From: Cyanophora paradoxa CCMP329
Lineage: Eukaryota > Plantae > Glaucophyta
Assembly: GCA_004431415.1 (NCBI GenBank)
Contig: QPMI01000282.1
Coordinates: 24,314-88,313, forward strand
DNA length: 64,000 nucleotides
Direction of reading: 5' to 3'
Shown: piece after piece, positions 45,318 through 59,000 of the stretch
How positions within the stretch are numbered: the first letter of the stretch is position 1
How the letters are laid out: each line of letters starts with the position of its first letter
Program-made: the position numbers and the translations under genes
The notes under the pieces: model-generated
Databases searched by the model: none
Told to the model about the DNA's origin: nothing
The model's input: the letters and a program-made list of their open reading frames with translations, nothing else

Positions 45318-48300
45318 ATGGGCTGCTGCAAGAGCAAAGCGAACGAAGCCGTCGTACCGCCGGGCTCGTCCCGGAAGCCGCCGCCGGTCGAGGTCCGAGA
45401 AGTAAAAGTAGATCTCCCGCAGTCCGCGGGGGCCGTCCACCCGCAGCCGCGTTCGGAGCAGGCGAAGGCGTCTGCTCCGGTCTACTCAAACCCGCACCCG
45501 CACCACGGCCAGCAAGCCGCGCCGGCGCCGGCCGCGGCCGGACAGCTGCAGCTGCAGCGCCCGGCGAGCTCGAGTCGCGGCGCGCGCTCCGTGCCGTCAG
45601 CCGACGCGGAAGAGCTCTTCAAGCCGCGGGAGAGCCGCGCGGAGTTCGCGGCGATCCTCGCGCAGGCGGGGGCGATCGCCCCCGCGCAGGACCCCGAGCG
45701 GGGCGGGCCGGCGCGCTCCCCGCTCCGCACGGAGCTCGTAACGGGGTCCGCCCTCGGCCGCTCCGCCGACCTGCCCCTCGTCCGCAAGACCGTGCGCGTC
45801 TTCTTCTCGAGGTGCGGACGAGCCGGCCAAGCTGCCCTTGCCGCCCCCTCTCCGTCTTTCTAAACCGCCCCCTCTCTCGCGCCGCGCAGCACCTTCTCCG
45901 GTAAGCGCCCGAATGCATGTCGGGCCGGACCCGCGCTCCGAGCGGCTGAGGTCACGTACCCCCCCTTCCCCCAGACATGGAGCAGGAGCGCAATGACCTC
46001 ATCAGCGACGTGTATCCCTTCCTCCGCCTCGTCGCCCGCCGGTACGGCCTCGACTTCCAGGCCGTGCGCTACCCCCGCCTCCCCCTCCTCCCCCCCCCCC
46101 CCCCCCCCCCCCCCCCTTCCCCGCCCCCACTCCCCCCTTCCCGCCCTCTTTGCTTACTGTACCCATTCCTCCAGGTGGACATGCGCTGGGGCGTAAGTGA
46201 CGAGGCGGTCGACGACCACAACGTCGTGCAGGCACGCGGAGCTAAACCCCCGATTCCCCCCCCCCCCCCCGTACCCCCCCCCGAGCTGAGCTTGTGTCGT
46301 ACCCCTCAGATCTGCAGCGAGGAGGTCGCGCGGTGCGTGGCAGAGTCCGCCGGGCCGGCCTTCATACTCCTCGGGGGTACATGCGCTCCCCGGCCCCTTC
46401 TGTACCCCCTTCCCCCCCCCGCTCATCCCGCCCCCGCCGCGTGTGCCGCAGGACAGAAATACGGGCAAGCTATCCCCTACCCCCTCCTCTCGCGATCGCG
46501 CCGCGGCTGCCGCGCCGCTGACTCGGAGGCCTGCACGGGTACAGGTACCGCCCGATCCCGAGCGAGATCCCCGTCGACGAATTCGGGCGGGTACACCATT
46601 ACCTCTCGGCCCTCCCCGGGGTCGACCCCGCGTCCCTGCGCCTCCTGGAGAAGTGGTACCAGCTGGACGAGAACGCCGTACCCCCCGCGTATCGCCTGCT
46701 CCAGATCTCGACGCACTTCCCGGACTACATCAACTCGGAGGACCGCGAGGCGAAGAAACGGGTCCGCCGGGATTCGAGCCCGCGTTCCCGCGCTCCTTTT
46801 TCTCATCTCTCGCAGGCGGAGGCCGGGTGGTACGCCGAATCGGGCGCGCTGACGGCCCTCCTCCGCTCCGCCGCCGTCGCCGTACCCGATCCCGACCGCC
46901 GCCGCCTCTACTCCGTGCGCCGCGCCGCACCGTACCCCCCCGGAACTTCTTCCCCCCTCCCGACCCGAATCGCGCCCGCGCAGGTGAGCGTGACGGAGAT
47001 GGAGATCGAGGGGGCGCTGGAGGCGCTGAAGAGGGCGGGCGCGCTCGACGCTTTCTACCTCGTGGAGCGCGAGATCGAGGGGCTGGCGGCCGCCGCGGGC
47101 GCCGGGGGGCCCCACCGCGAGGCCATCCCCAAGTTCATCGACTGCCTCGCCGCCGCCACCGCCCCGGGCCACGGCCCGCGGGCCCCGGGGTCAACCGCTG
47201 GGGCCGCACCCGCCTCGGCCCCGGCCCCGGCGGCCCAGCCCGGGGGGTACACGGTGGACGGGGAGGCGCAGCAGATGCTGGCGGCCCTCTCCGCGCGGGT
47301 GCGCGCGGCGGTGCCGCCGGGGCGGCGGGCGCGGGCCTCCACCCCCTGGCAGCAGCCGCTGCCGGCGCCCTACGTCCGCGCCTTCTCGGACGCCGTCTGC
47401 CGCCTCCTCGCCGGCGGCATCGCCTCCGCCGCCCGCGCCGCCGCCGCCCACGCCGCCCACGACCCGCTCGTCGCCGAGGCGCGCGCCCCTCCCCCAACCT
47501 TCCCCCTCCTCTTCCCCGCTTCAACTCGGCCCCTCAGGTGCTGCAGCACACGCGGACGGCGCGGCAGCTGTCGCGGCAGTGCCACGGGCGGGCGGAGCTG
47601 AAGGCGGCGGTGGTCTCGTACCTCGAGAGCACGGGCGCGGAGGACGCCCTCCCGCTCGCCCTCGTGCGCCCGCCGCGCCTCGCCTCGGCGCCTTCATCTA
47701 CAGCTATTTATAGCTAGCTAACGCTTCCTTCTCGACTCGGCGCTAGGTCGGGGGCAGCGGGACGGGGAAGAGCAGCCTGCTGGGGGCCGTCTGGGCCGAG
47801 GCCTGCCGCCGCGCGGCCTCCGCCGGGCGGGCCCCCGTCATCGTCGGCCGCTTCTGCGGCACGACGCCCCTCAGCTCCGACGCCCGCAGCGTCATGGCTC
47901 GCCCTGTACCCCTCTCCCCTCCCCCATCCCCTCTAACGATTCTGCAGCAAAGCGTCATTGAGCAGTGCGCGGACGCCTACGAGGCAGAGTCCAGGCGCCC
48001 CCCTCCCCCTCTCCGCCCCGCCCCGGCCCGTCGAGCGCACGTAGCTAACCGCCGGGGGCAGCGAGATGATCTACTCGCACGACATCCGCGACGTGGCGGC
48101 CGTCTTCGAGCCGACGCTGCGGTGGGGCACGGCCGAGCGGCCCCTCTACCTATTCATCGACGGCGCGCCCCCCAAAACTGAAGCAGTTTTATATGAGAAC
48201 CTATCTGAGCTTTGCTTTGGTTCCTGCGCAGCTCTGGACCAGCTGAGCGACGCGGGGAACGGGCGCAAGCTCGGCTGGCTCCCGCAGCGCCTCCCGCCGC

Positions 48301-51300
48301 ACACGCGCCTCGTGGTCTCCATGATCCCCGGCGAGGCCGGCGGGGGCGCCCTCGAGTCCTTCCAGGACTTCGTCGGGGGCTCCGACTCGGTGCTTCCCCC
48401 TCCCCTCTTCCTCTTCCTTCGATCCCTAACGCCCTCCCTCCCCCCCAGCCCAACATCATCCGCGTACCCGTCTTCGACCGGACGAGCGCGGAGGACGCGC
48501 TGGACGCGTGGTCGCGGGAGGACCGCCGCGCCCTCCGCCCCGCACAGCGCGCCGAGGTCCTGCGCGCTTTCGCCGGCTGCCCGACGCCCCTCTACCTCCG
48601 CATGTGCTGGGAGGAGGCCATGGAGTGGCGCAGCGGCGAGGCCCCGCAGGCCGCCGTCATCCAGGCGCGTGCTCCTTTCCTTCTTCTCCTTTGAAGAAAG
48701 TGGCCCCGCCCGGATTCGAACCGGGGTCTCGCACTCGCGATCAGGCCGGGGACGTGCCGGGGCTCGTGGAGCGCGAGATGTACCGCCTGGAGAACAAGTA
48801 CGGGCCGGGGATCGTGTCGGGCGCCCTGGGGTACATCACCCTCGCCGCCAAGGTGCACCCCTTCCCCACCTTCCCGTACCCCCTACGAAACCCCCCACCC
48901 CCCAACAGGGTATCACGATCTCGGAGCTGGAGGACGTGCTCTCCTGCGACGACGCCGTCCTCGACGGCCTCTTCGTGGTGCCGTACCCCCCTCCCATTCC
49001 TTCCCACTCCCGCCTCTCATACCCCTCCCCCGCAGTGGTGGACTCCGCCCGTGCGGCGCGTGCCGCCCTCGCTGCTGCTCCGCATCCGCTCCGACGTGGG
49101 CCACTTCCTCACGGAGCGCGGCACGGGCGACGCCTCGGGCGCCTCCGTCCTCGGCTGGTGCTTCCCCCCTCCCCCCCGCGTCTTAAAAACGAGGAGCCTG
49201 GGACCAAGCTCTCCTCTCCTCCGGCAGGTTCCACCGGCAGTTCAAGGAGGCGGCGGAGCGGCGGTACCTTTACCACGAGGGACGCGTCCGCGAGGCGCGC
49301 GAATTTTGAATTTGATCCGCTTTGAAGTCCTCCTTCTCACCTGAGATCGAATCAGATGCACGAGATCCTGGCGGCGTACTTCGGGGGCCGCTACAGCGCG
49401 GGAAAGGCCCTGCGCACGGGCGCCCCGGCCCCCGGGCCCGCCTCCAACGCCCGGCCTCGCTCCGCTGGCTCCACGGCGCGCCTTCTTCTTATCGTCTTTC
49501 CTTGCGGGATGGCTTCCCCTGAGTTTCTTCTCTCCAGGGGGCGCTGGTGGACCGGCACGTGGCTGCGCAGCCGCTGATGCTGGGCCCCGGCGTGGCGAAC
49601 GTGCGGCGGGTGCAGATGGAGCCGGCGCACCTTCTCGCCGCCGGGCAGCTCGATGCGCTCCTCCACTGCCTCGCGGACCCGCGGCTGCTGGAGGCGGCCG
49701 CCGCGGGGCGCTGCCTCGGGCACCTCCTCACCGTCGCCGAGGGCGCCATGGCGGCCGCCGCGGCCGCCGGCGCCCCCGCCCTCTACGGCGGATTCTTCGA
49801 CGTCCGCCTCCCCCTTCTTCTCGTCGGATCGGATCAGATCAGATCTGAGCGAGCGCCGCCCTCAGGTGAAGTCGTTCCTGGGGCGGCACTTCCAGCAGTT
49901 CACGCTGAACTGCCCGGGCCCCTCGTGCGCCATTGTGGAAAGCGTCGCCTCTAGACCCCATCAGCTTCAGCAGCGCTAGCCCTCCCGACTTCGACTCTGA
50001 TCGCCCCGCCCCGCCCCGCCCCGCGCGCGCCAGGTTCGTTCTGCAGCAGGCGGCAAACGAGCGGGACGACTCGCTCATCGCCCGCGGCGCCGCCCCGCAC
50101 CTCGCCCAGGCCCAGGCCCGCCCCGCCCCGCCCCGCCCCGCCCCGACCCGACCCAAAGCTGTGCCGCGCCTCGGTTCGGTCTGACGGGCCCGAACTCCGG
50201 CATCGCAGACGCCGTGGATCCGGAGGCTGAACAAGCGGCAGGGGCGCGACCCCTGCATCTTCGCCATCGGCCTCAAATACGTGCGCGCGCCGGCCCTCCG
50301 TCTCTCCCTCCTCAGATCTACGAGCCTCGCGGCGCGCGCGCGCGCAGGGGACGGGCGAGTCGCTGAAGGCGTACGGGAGCGTGGACGTCTGGTCCGACAC
50401 GCACATCGTCGTCGCCTCGTGCGCCCCCGCCCCGCCCCGCCCCGCCCCGCCCCGCCCCGCCCCGCTCCGTAACGCCGGCCCGAATTTCTGCTCGGTCCCT
50501 CTCCCGAGCCGAACTCGAACCTCGCGCCCCGCCCCGCCCCGGGCCCCTAGAGAACAGAAGGAAGACTGCTTTCTTTTCGGCCGCACTCTCCGGCCGGCTC
50601 TCCTGGTCCGACGTCGTTCTCTTCGGCGGACCCTGAGCCGGCATGCCTGAGCAGGCACGACGAGCGGGCGGTGGCGTGCTACGACCTCGTCGGCAACGAG
50701 CGCTGGCGCACCCGCCTCGACCGGCCCGCCCCGCCCCGCCCCGCCCCTTTTTCTCTCGCGGCCCTCCCTCTGTCTGAAGCCGCGCAGGGCGCCGCTGGGC
50801 CCGGTGCGGGTCTCGAACGACGGGGCGCGCGTGGCGGTGGCCCTCGAGGAGTTCGGCCACCTCGCCGTCCTCTCCATGCAGCAGGGCAAGGCGCGACCCG
50901 ACCCGACCCGACCTGATCGGATCGGATCTGATATGATCTGATCCGATCCGATCTGATCTGATCCGATCCGATCTGAGCAGGTGCTGGCGGAGATGGAGGC
51001 CGGCGGCCTCCACGTCCGCACCGGCTACAAGTCCGTTCGTTCTTCTGGCGCCGGTCTTCGAACTCTTGCGGCCGCCGGATCAAATTCATTCGTCCCTCGC
51101 GCGCGCAGCGACCGCATCGAGATCATCTGCTGGAGCGCCGACTCGACCCGCCTCGCCACGGTCAGCGGAGCTATCGGGGGCGGGTTGACTACAAGCCGGG
51201 CGCCGGGCTCACTCTTTCGGGGCAGGCGGCGCACGGGGACATGTCGACCTACCGCGAGATCGTGCTCTGGGACGCGGCGGGGTACCGGCCCCTCAAGGAC

Positions 51301-54300
51301 GCCGCCCGCGCCTCCGCGGACGAGCGGTGGGCCATGCACCCCCACTCCCGCTTCGGGTCGGCACCGTTTCCTCCCCCTCCTCGTACCCCCCTCGAGCTCC
51401 ACCTTCAGCTGACTTCGCTCGCAGGACTCACGGGCGGACGTCGTTCGGGTTCGGGCCGGTGGACTGCGCCAAGGGGTACATCACCAACGTCTTCTACAAC
51501 GTCTCCGAGGACAGGTACGAACCCCCCTGCCTCTAGCTTATCCCCAACCACCCCTCCTAGTACTCACCCCTCCAACCACCCCCAGGGCGTACGAGAACAA
51601 GCTGGACCGCACCTACGACGGCGAGTCCTTCGAGTGCGCCCTAGATTAAACCCGCCCAATGTCAAGCAGAGCCTAGGCCTAGGCCTTATCTGGCCGCAGC
51701 TGGGTGCTGGCGGAGTCGCACTGCGGGCGCTACCGCGTGGTGGGGAAGCTCCTGGGCTTTGAGAGGAAGACCTGCCTTCTCTTCGCCGTCCGCAACGACG
51801 AGGACGGGGGCGGCGGCACCGGTGCGCGGCCTCGGACGTCAAACGAGGGTCAAGCTCTGATTCGAACCCGCGCGCGCGCAGTGCTGGCGTACCTGGGCGG
51901 GGAGGTCGAGTGGAGCAAGTACGCCGCCATCGAGCCAGCCGCCGTGAGCCCTGCGCCCCCCCCGGGTTCCTTCGCCCGGGCCCGCTCTGACCTGGGCGGG
52001 GTGGGGCAGGGCGGGCGCGTGGTGCGGGTCGTGCTCCTGCGCGGCCTCAACTATGCCGTACCCGAGGCCAGCGCGCCTTTGATTTCCAAGCTTTCTGAGC
52101 TCGATTCCGAGCTCTAGATCTAGATCTGGACTCTAATCTGAGGCTCTCTCGCTCTCCAGGTCTTCGAGATCGACCCGGGGCGGCCCGGGCCGGAGCTGGC
52201 GGCGGGGGAGCGGCCGGACCCCGGGACGCTGGAGGGGAAGCTGGGGGCGGACGAGGAGGAGATGGAGGCGGCGTGGGCCTGCGCCGTCCGCGTCGGCCGC
52301 CGCCGGCCCCGCTTCCTCGGCGTCCTCAGCGGGCGCGCCTTCGAACCCCTCGCTTCCGTGTCGTCTGTCTTTGACCGGGAGGGGGGTACATGTACAGGCA
52401 CGCGGCGGACCTCTGGGCGGGCCGCTTCCTGGAGGGGGGCGACAAGTTCGTCTCGTACGACCGGCAGGACCTGCGCCTCTGGGACCTCTCCTTCCTCGTC
52501 CGCGAACCCCCCGCCCGCTTCTTCCCCAGCTGCAACTCAATTGTGCCCCCCCTCGCAGGACGCTGAGACGGCGGCGCGGGAGGCGGCGGCGGGGGACGCG
52601 GCGGGCAACTTTTCCGCCGAATTCCCGGAACTGCTGGCGGCCGCCCCGCTCGTCCTCCCGCCCTCGTCCGCCCCCGCATCCTCCTCATCCCTCGGTGGCT
52701 CGCTCCGGGGCGGCTCGGCGTTCCCCGGGGCCGCCGGATCGAGTTTGGGCGTAGAGCCGCTGATCGCCTCGCTCCGCGCGGACGGGCGCCTCTCGCTCGT
52801 CCGGTGCCCCGCCGGCCGCCCCGAGGCCACCGTCCTGCAGGCCCTGCCCGGCGAGTCGCGCCCCTGGGGCCTCGCCGCCCTGGCCGCCGCCTCCAAGGGC
52901 GCCTCGGCGCACGTCCTCGCCGCCTCCGCCGACGGCCTCCTCCGCGCCGTCCACGTGCGCCCGGCCGGCTCCGGCCTCGCCGCCTCGGAGCCCGTCGAGC
53001 TCCGGCTGCGCCTGCCCTGCGCCCTCACGGCCCTCGCCGCCTCGCCGGGCGCGGGGCCCCTCTGCGCCCTCCCCGACGCCCTTGAGGCCTTCGTCGGCGC
53101 CGAGGACGGCGGCGTGCACGCCTTCGTGATCCGCCTGGGTCCCAGCCCCGGCGCCGCCCGCCGGGCCTCGTGGTTCCACGGCGGCCCCGTCGTCTCGATC
53201 GCGACGTCCGCCGCGGACCCGCGCGCCGCGGGCGGGGCGAGCCACACGCACGTCGCGTCGCTCTCCCTCGACGGCTCCGTCGCCCTCGCGACGCTCCCTG
53301 CCGCGCCGGCGGCCGCCTGCAGCGTCGCCCTCGTCGACCGGCTCCCGCTGGCCCCCGGCGGCGGCCCCGGGGCGACGCGCCCTCACTGGTGGCCGTGGCG
53401 GGGGCGGCGGGCGCGGCCCCGCCCCGCGTCGCTGTCGCCTGCGGCTGCGACGTGCTCCTGTACAGCCCCGCCGGCCGCGCCTTCGAGAAGCGCGTCCTCC
53501 GCTCCCACGCCGACGCCGTCCGGGCGCTGGCCTTCGCCTCGGGGCCGGGGGACCGCCTCGTCTCGCTGGGGGCGGACGGCGGCGTGCGCGTGTGGGAGGC
53601 CGCCACGGGCCGCCTCGCCTACAGGCTCGGCCTCTGGCGCACCGAGGAGTGGTCCTGCGCCGCCCTCGACGGCGTCTCCAGGCGCGCCGCCCCCCCTCCC
53701 TCCAACCCTCCCTCCCTCCACCCCTCCTCAAACCCTCCTCGAAGGGCGGGGGCGATCGGGGTCTGCGTGGGCAACTCCGCCATGAAGCTCGACATCTTCG
53801 ACGTCGTATCCCTTGAGTCGGTGCTTACTTGAGCTTTCGCTTCTCGATCAAGTCCGTCCGGATCCGTTCCCCGTCTAAAATGTTGCGGCGCAGGGCGAGC
53901 CGGAGGAGGGCGAGGCGGCGCCGGCGGCCGCCCCGAGCGGCGGGGACGTCGCGGCCGCCCACCTCCCCCTCCGCGTGCGCCCGCGCGCCCTTCGAACTCG
54001 AATTCGAGCCCCCAACGAATCGTCCCCCCCGCCGCGGCCGTGCGCAGGCGTACGCGCAGGGGTACAAGGAGCGCTACACGTTCTCGGTGGGCGAGCAGGA
54101 GATCCTGGACAAGGCCTCCTGCTGGCGCGCTCCGGGCCTCCCCTTTTGACCTTTTCGCAGCCCCCCTCCGGTCCTCACGCCCTGTACCCCCCCCCCCCCC
54201 CCCCCGCAGGCTGGACTACAACCGCACGCTGCGCGGGCTCCCCCCGGGCCGCTACAGCCTGAGCTTCGAGGTCAGCTGCATGCTGCACCTGGGCCGACCC

Positions 54301-55103
54301 GGTTGAGCAAACCGTGCCATTAAATTTCGAGTTCGGGCAGATCAAGATCACGGCGGAGACGGACACGGACGCGCTGCACTTTCGCGTCTCGGGCCCCGCC
54401 GTCTCGAACCGCCCGCGGGAGGAGGACTTCGCGGCGCGGGCGGAGCGCTCGGACTGGCGCCGGCCCCTCGACTGGAGCAGGGGCTTCCCCACCTCCGAGC
54501 AGGCCCCGCTCGAGGGCAAGGGCGCGCCCGAGCCCGGCCCCTTCCCCCTCCCCTTCTTTCCGATCCTGTCCGCTCTTGGCTGACTCGCTGGCAGGCTGGG
54601 TGCCCGTGCCGCTGGCGCCGGTGCGCGTGGCGCGGGGCAGTGACGTCCTCGTCCGCTGCTGCCACCTCACCGGCAACTAGTGCGCCCGCCCGCCCGCCCG
54701 GCCCCGCCTTGGCTTGGCCCGCACCCTTCTCCCGAGGTCTGAGCGCGCCCCGGCCCCCGCAGCAAGAACAAGTACGGCTTCGGCCGCGTGAGGGTGCGCG
54801 GGGGGCCCGCGATCGCGTTCGCGAGATCCGCCGCGCCGATTAATTTATTTTGCCTTGAGCTTCGAATTCAAAGCTTAAGCTTCCCTCCCCGAAGTTGACA
54901 TTCGCGGGCAGGTGCGGCCGGTGGTGGCGGGCCTGCCGGAGCCCGGGGAAGCCCCGGGCCCCGACCCGTGGGCGCCGGCCGGCGGCGCGCCGGGGGCCGG
55001 CCTGGACGCCCCCGGGGCGAGGCTGGAGTGGACGGCGCTGAGGGCGGAGTGCCCCGCGGGGGCCCCCGCCGAGGTCGCCGCCCTCGCCGGCCTCCGCGTC
55101 TAG
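45318..55103 (+). CDS. NWD1/NWD2-like STAND protein: N-acylation motif, DUF4062-like domain, NACHT, divergent WD40 propellers, C-terminal PP2-like domain
   Basis: MGCCKSK; TVRVFFSSTFSDMEQERNDL, VDMRWGV, LLGGQKYGYRPIP; Walker A VGGSGTGKSS (47747); GRFCGTTPLSS; Walker B LYLFIDALDQL; WLPQRLPPHTRLVVS; PTPLYL; GITISELEDVLSCDD; WFHRQFKEAA; WD repeats such as HADAVRALAF...LVSLGADGGVRVWE. Confidence 0.88.
50895..50975. repeat. Intronic pentamer array GACCC / GATCG / GATCT / GATCC
   Basis: The intron at 50891-50980 is made almost entirely of 5-bp units. Confidence 0.85.
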
Positions 55104-56023
55104 TTCTAGTTGCGCTCTCGCTTTGTTATTTCGAGGGCTCGAGGGTTTATGACGGCGGTCACGGTCATGATCATGATCTATCGCGACAGTTGCTGAGTCT
55201 AGCGGCCCGGCGGCCGCGGTGACAGAGTCTAGTTGCTCAGCGGCTCACTGTTGCTGCCGGCGCCGGCGCAGCGGCGGGCCAGTACTAGAGGCGCATGCCC
55301 GCATTGCCCGGCAGGCTGCAGCTGGCGGCATGCGCAGCACCGGCGTGACCCTGCACATGAAAGGGCGCTGTACCCCGGGCCCCACTTTGGGGCTTGGGGA
55401 ATTCCCGGTGACATGGATGGGTCCGGATGGCCCTTTTAGCAGCGATGGGCGCCGATGAAACCGGCCAAGCTAGCAATTCGGCGAATGGATCATCTTAAGC
55501 TTTACAAGCAGCAGCAGCAGCAGCTTATATATGTTAGCGCTGCAGTCTGCAGCGCTTAAATTGCGAAACTTGCCAGGTAGCACGGGAAGCCTGCAAAGTC
55601 TCGACGGTCCTCGCAAGATATATAGTTCAACGGTCCATAATAGCTCCACGGAGATCTAGTAGTCTCTGAGCGGTAAGCGTAGCTGGCAGCTCCCACCTGG
55701 CACTCCCGCGCTTGAAACACTTGGTCACCCGCCGCAGCGCCGATCACATAGCTAGCTATATAGAAGGCCCAGAGCCATCCATCCCAACGCGCACCCGCGC
55801 GCTACGATCAGCATCCAGCCGGCGCCGCCAGCAAAGCCTTGAAGCGTGCGGTCATCCAAGTCGCCGCGCGCGCTCCTTGAACCAGTTGAAGCAGCCGCCC
55901 ACAACCGCAACCGCAACCGCAACTGCAATTGCAAGCTGCCTCCGTCACAAACCAGAACCAGCAGCAAGCTTCCCAGCTTGCGTGCTTTCCAGCTTGCGAG
56001 CGCAATCCTGAAGTCTCAGTGAC

Positions 56024-59000
56024 ATGGCCGGGCTGGGCGCGCCATCCTGCCCGCAGGCCCTGTCGCCCGGTCGCGCATTCATGGTCTCGGGCACCTCTTT
56101 CCCACCGGGCCGCTGCGGGCGGCCCGTCAGCTCCCCGTGCCTGCCAGCGGATCTGGAGCTCCCGCCCATCCGCCACAAGGACGCCGAGCCGGCGCTCCCG
56201 ACGCCAGCGCACGCGCACAACCACCACCGCCCGACCGTGCAGGCACGCCCGTGCATCTCGCCTCATAGCCGCCCGGTCGCCTCATACGTGGCCCCAGCAG
56301 GTCATGGACCTTCGGCTCGAGGACCAGCGGGAGGAGGAGCCGCTGGAGGCCGGCCTCGGGCGCCTCCTGATGGCCTCCCCGGCCCCGTCCCTCGCCCTAG
56401 ACTCCTGCCTCCGCGTCCGCTTCTGGTCCGACTCGGCCGCCGCCGCCTCGGGGGTCCCCTCCCGGGAGGCCCTCGGCCGGCCCATCGAAGACCTGGTGAC
56501 CGGCGAGGCGCGCGCGGCGGTGCGCGCCGCCCTCGCGGCCGTCCTCGTGTCCCACGAGCCGGGAGCGGCCCCCGCCGCCGTCGCCATGCCCCTCGAGGAG
56601 CGCGAGGGCCGAGCCGGCGTCGTCTTCCGCCTGGCCGCCCACCGCCACGCCGGCGCCGGCGGCCTGCCCCCCGGCCTCTTCCTCGCCGGCGTCGTGCGCC
56701 CCGCCCGTCTCCGCCTTCCTTTCGATCTCGCGCCCCGAGCCCCTGACCTCGTCCCGGGTACAGGACGCGACGGAGCAGCAGCGCTCGGTCGGCCTCCTCC
56801 TCGGCTCGGTCGCCCACGAGTGCAAGAGTGCGGCGTACCCCCCTGCTTCAGGCCGCCTCCCGGGCCGTCTTGACGCCTTGCCCCCGCCCCGCAGCGCCGC
56901 TGAACCACGTCATGGGGGCGCTCCAGCTGATTGCGGCCCAGCCTGGACTCGAACCCGAGATCGCCGAGTACGTCCAGATCGCCGAGAAGGCCTCCTCCCA
57001 CCTCCTCAAGATGGTGCCGGACCCGTCCCCCCCCCTGCGACCGCCGGGTACCCCCCCTGCCGAGCCTTCCCCCCTCAGGTGCAGGACCTGGTGGAGGGGG
57101 CGAAGGCGGAGCACGACGGGAGCGGGGGCCCGCCCCTGCGATGCGAGCCCTTCGACCCGCGGGCCCTCGTGGAGGACGTCGCCTCCGCCTCCGCCCCCGC
57201 CGTGCGCGCCCCGTCTCCCGTACCCCTTTCTTTTTTTCCTTTTTCGAGCGCGCGGGGCGCGCGCGCAGGCGCAGGCGAAGGGCGTGGAGCTGGTGGCGAG
57301 GGCGGCGGAGGACCTGCCGCCCCGCGTCCTCGGAGACGTCGACCGCTGCCGCCAGGTGCGCTCGAAACCACGTTAACGAAAGAAACCGAATTAAACGGAA
57401 CTGACGGATCAAATATCGCAGATTGCGCTCAACCTGACGAGCAACGCGCTGAAAGTGACGTCATCGGGCCACGTCCAGGCGAGCCCCCGCTCCCCACAAC
57501 TCACCTTAACGCCAAGTCGAGCCAAAACGTAACCGGGGCGGCCGCAGATCTCGGTCTTCGCCAACGAGCGCGAGATCAAATTCGAGGTGAAGGACACGGG
57601 CCCGGGGATCCCGGAGTCCGAGCGGCCCAAGGCGCGCCCGCCCCTCTTCTCTCTCTTTTCCCTCCTTTCAGACGCCTCCATTCTGACTCGGAAAGGTTCC
57701 TTTCCAGCTCTTCCAGCTCTTCTCGCAGACGGATGTCACGCTCGACCGGCGCATCCCGGGGACGGGCCTCGGTCCGCCCCCTCGGAGCCTCGGGGTCTCT
57801 GGCTAGCGCTCTGCCCAGCTCACCCGGTGGCCACCCGCAGGCCTCGCCATCTCGCAGAAGCTCGCGCACCGCATGGGCGGCGCCATCACAATCGCCACCG
57901 AGGCGCGCCCGTACCCCCCGCAGACTCCTCCTCCCCACCTTTCTGACTTCCCGCCCCGCAGGTCGGCGTCGGCTCCGCCTTCACCTTCTCCATGCCCCTG
58001 CACCTCCCGGTGCGCGTACCCCCCTCTGAGACGGCGTACCCCCCCCTGACGGAGCGCGCCGCAGTCCGAGGGGAGCGAAGCGGCCGCGGATCAAATCCCG
58101 CGGACGGCGAGCACCGCTTCGTGCACGAGCAGCGGGGCGAACAACAGCGGCGGGGCCTACTCCTCGCGCCTCCTCACGCTCCTCCGCTCGGCCCTCGTCG
58201 TCGAGCCGAACGACGCGGCCCGGGCCGCCCTCTCCGCCCTCCTCCGCTCCCGCGGCTACTCCGTCGCCGCCGCCGCCTCCGCCGAGGCCGCCGAGGTGCC
58301 CCGAACCCCCCCCCCACGACCCCTTACCCCCGTCTGACCCTTCCCCTCGCTCGCGCCCAGGGCGTGGAGGCGGACGTGATCTTCGCCGGCGTACCCGTCG
58401 CGAGCCCCGTGCCGGCGGCGGCCTTCCTCGCGTCGGCCCTGGCGCTGCGCGAGGCGGTCGCGGGCCCCGCGGGAGAGCGCGGCGGGGCGCCGCTGGTGCT
58501 GGTCAGCACGCACGCGGCGCTGGGCGAGCTGCGCGGCATGCAGGCCGAGGCAGCGGCGCGCTCCGGCCTCTGCTGCGGCGTGCCCGCCCTGGGGTCGATC
58601 GAGCCGCTGCGCCGCCTCACCGGCGCCGCCGTCGTCTCCAAGCCCCTCCGCGCCGTGCGCCCGGTTCCCCTGTGCTAGCGAGCGCCCAGCAAGCTGACTG
58701 AATGACGGGTCTTTTCGCAGGCGGAGCTCGAGCGCGCCCTGCGCGACTCGGCCGTCTGGGTCTCGGAGCGGCGCCGCGGGGCGGCCCTCAAGTGGCCCCG
58801 CGAGGCCCGCGCCTCGCACGCGGCGCCCGGCACGCCGGGGGCCGCACGGCCGGCCGGCAGCGCGCGGCGATGCGGCGCTGCGACTCGGGCTGCAACAGCG
58901 GGTACCACGCCTCCGAGGAGGACCGCGAGTCCGAGTCCCACGGCCCGGCCGCCGCTGGGGCGCCCTGCGGGTGCCCGGGTTCCCCCGGCTCGCCCCACAT

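Noticed and set aside
48701-48740. tRNA gene
   Set aside because: Only a 3' half is present; no D arm or 5' acceptor strand.
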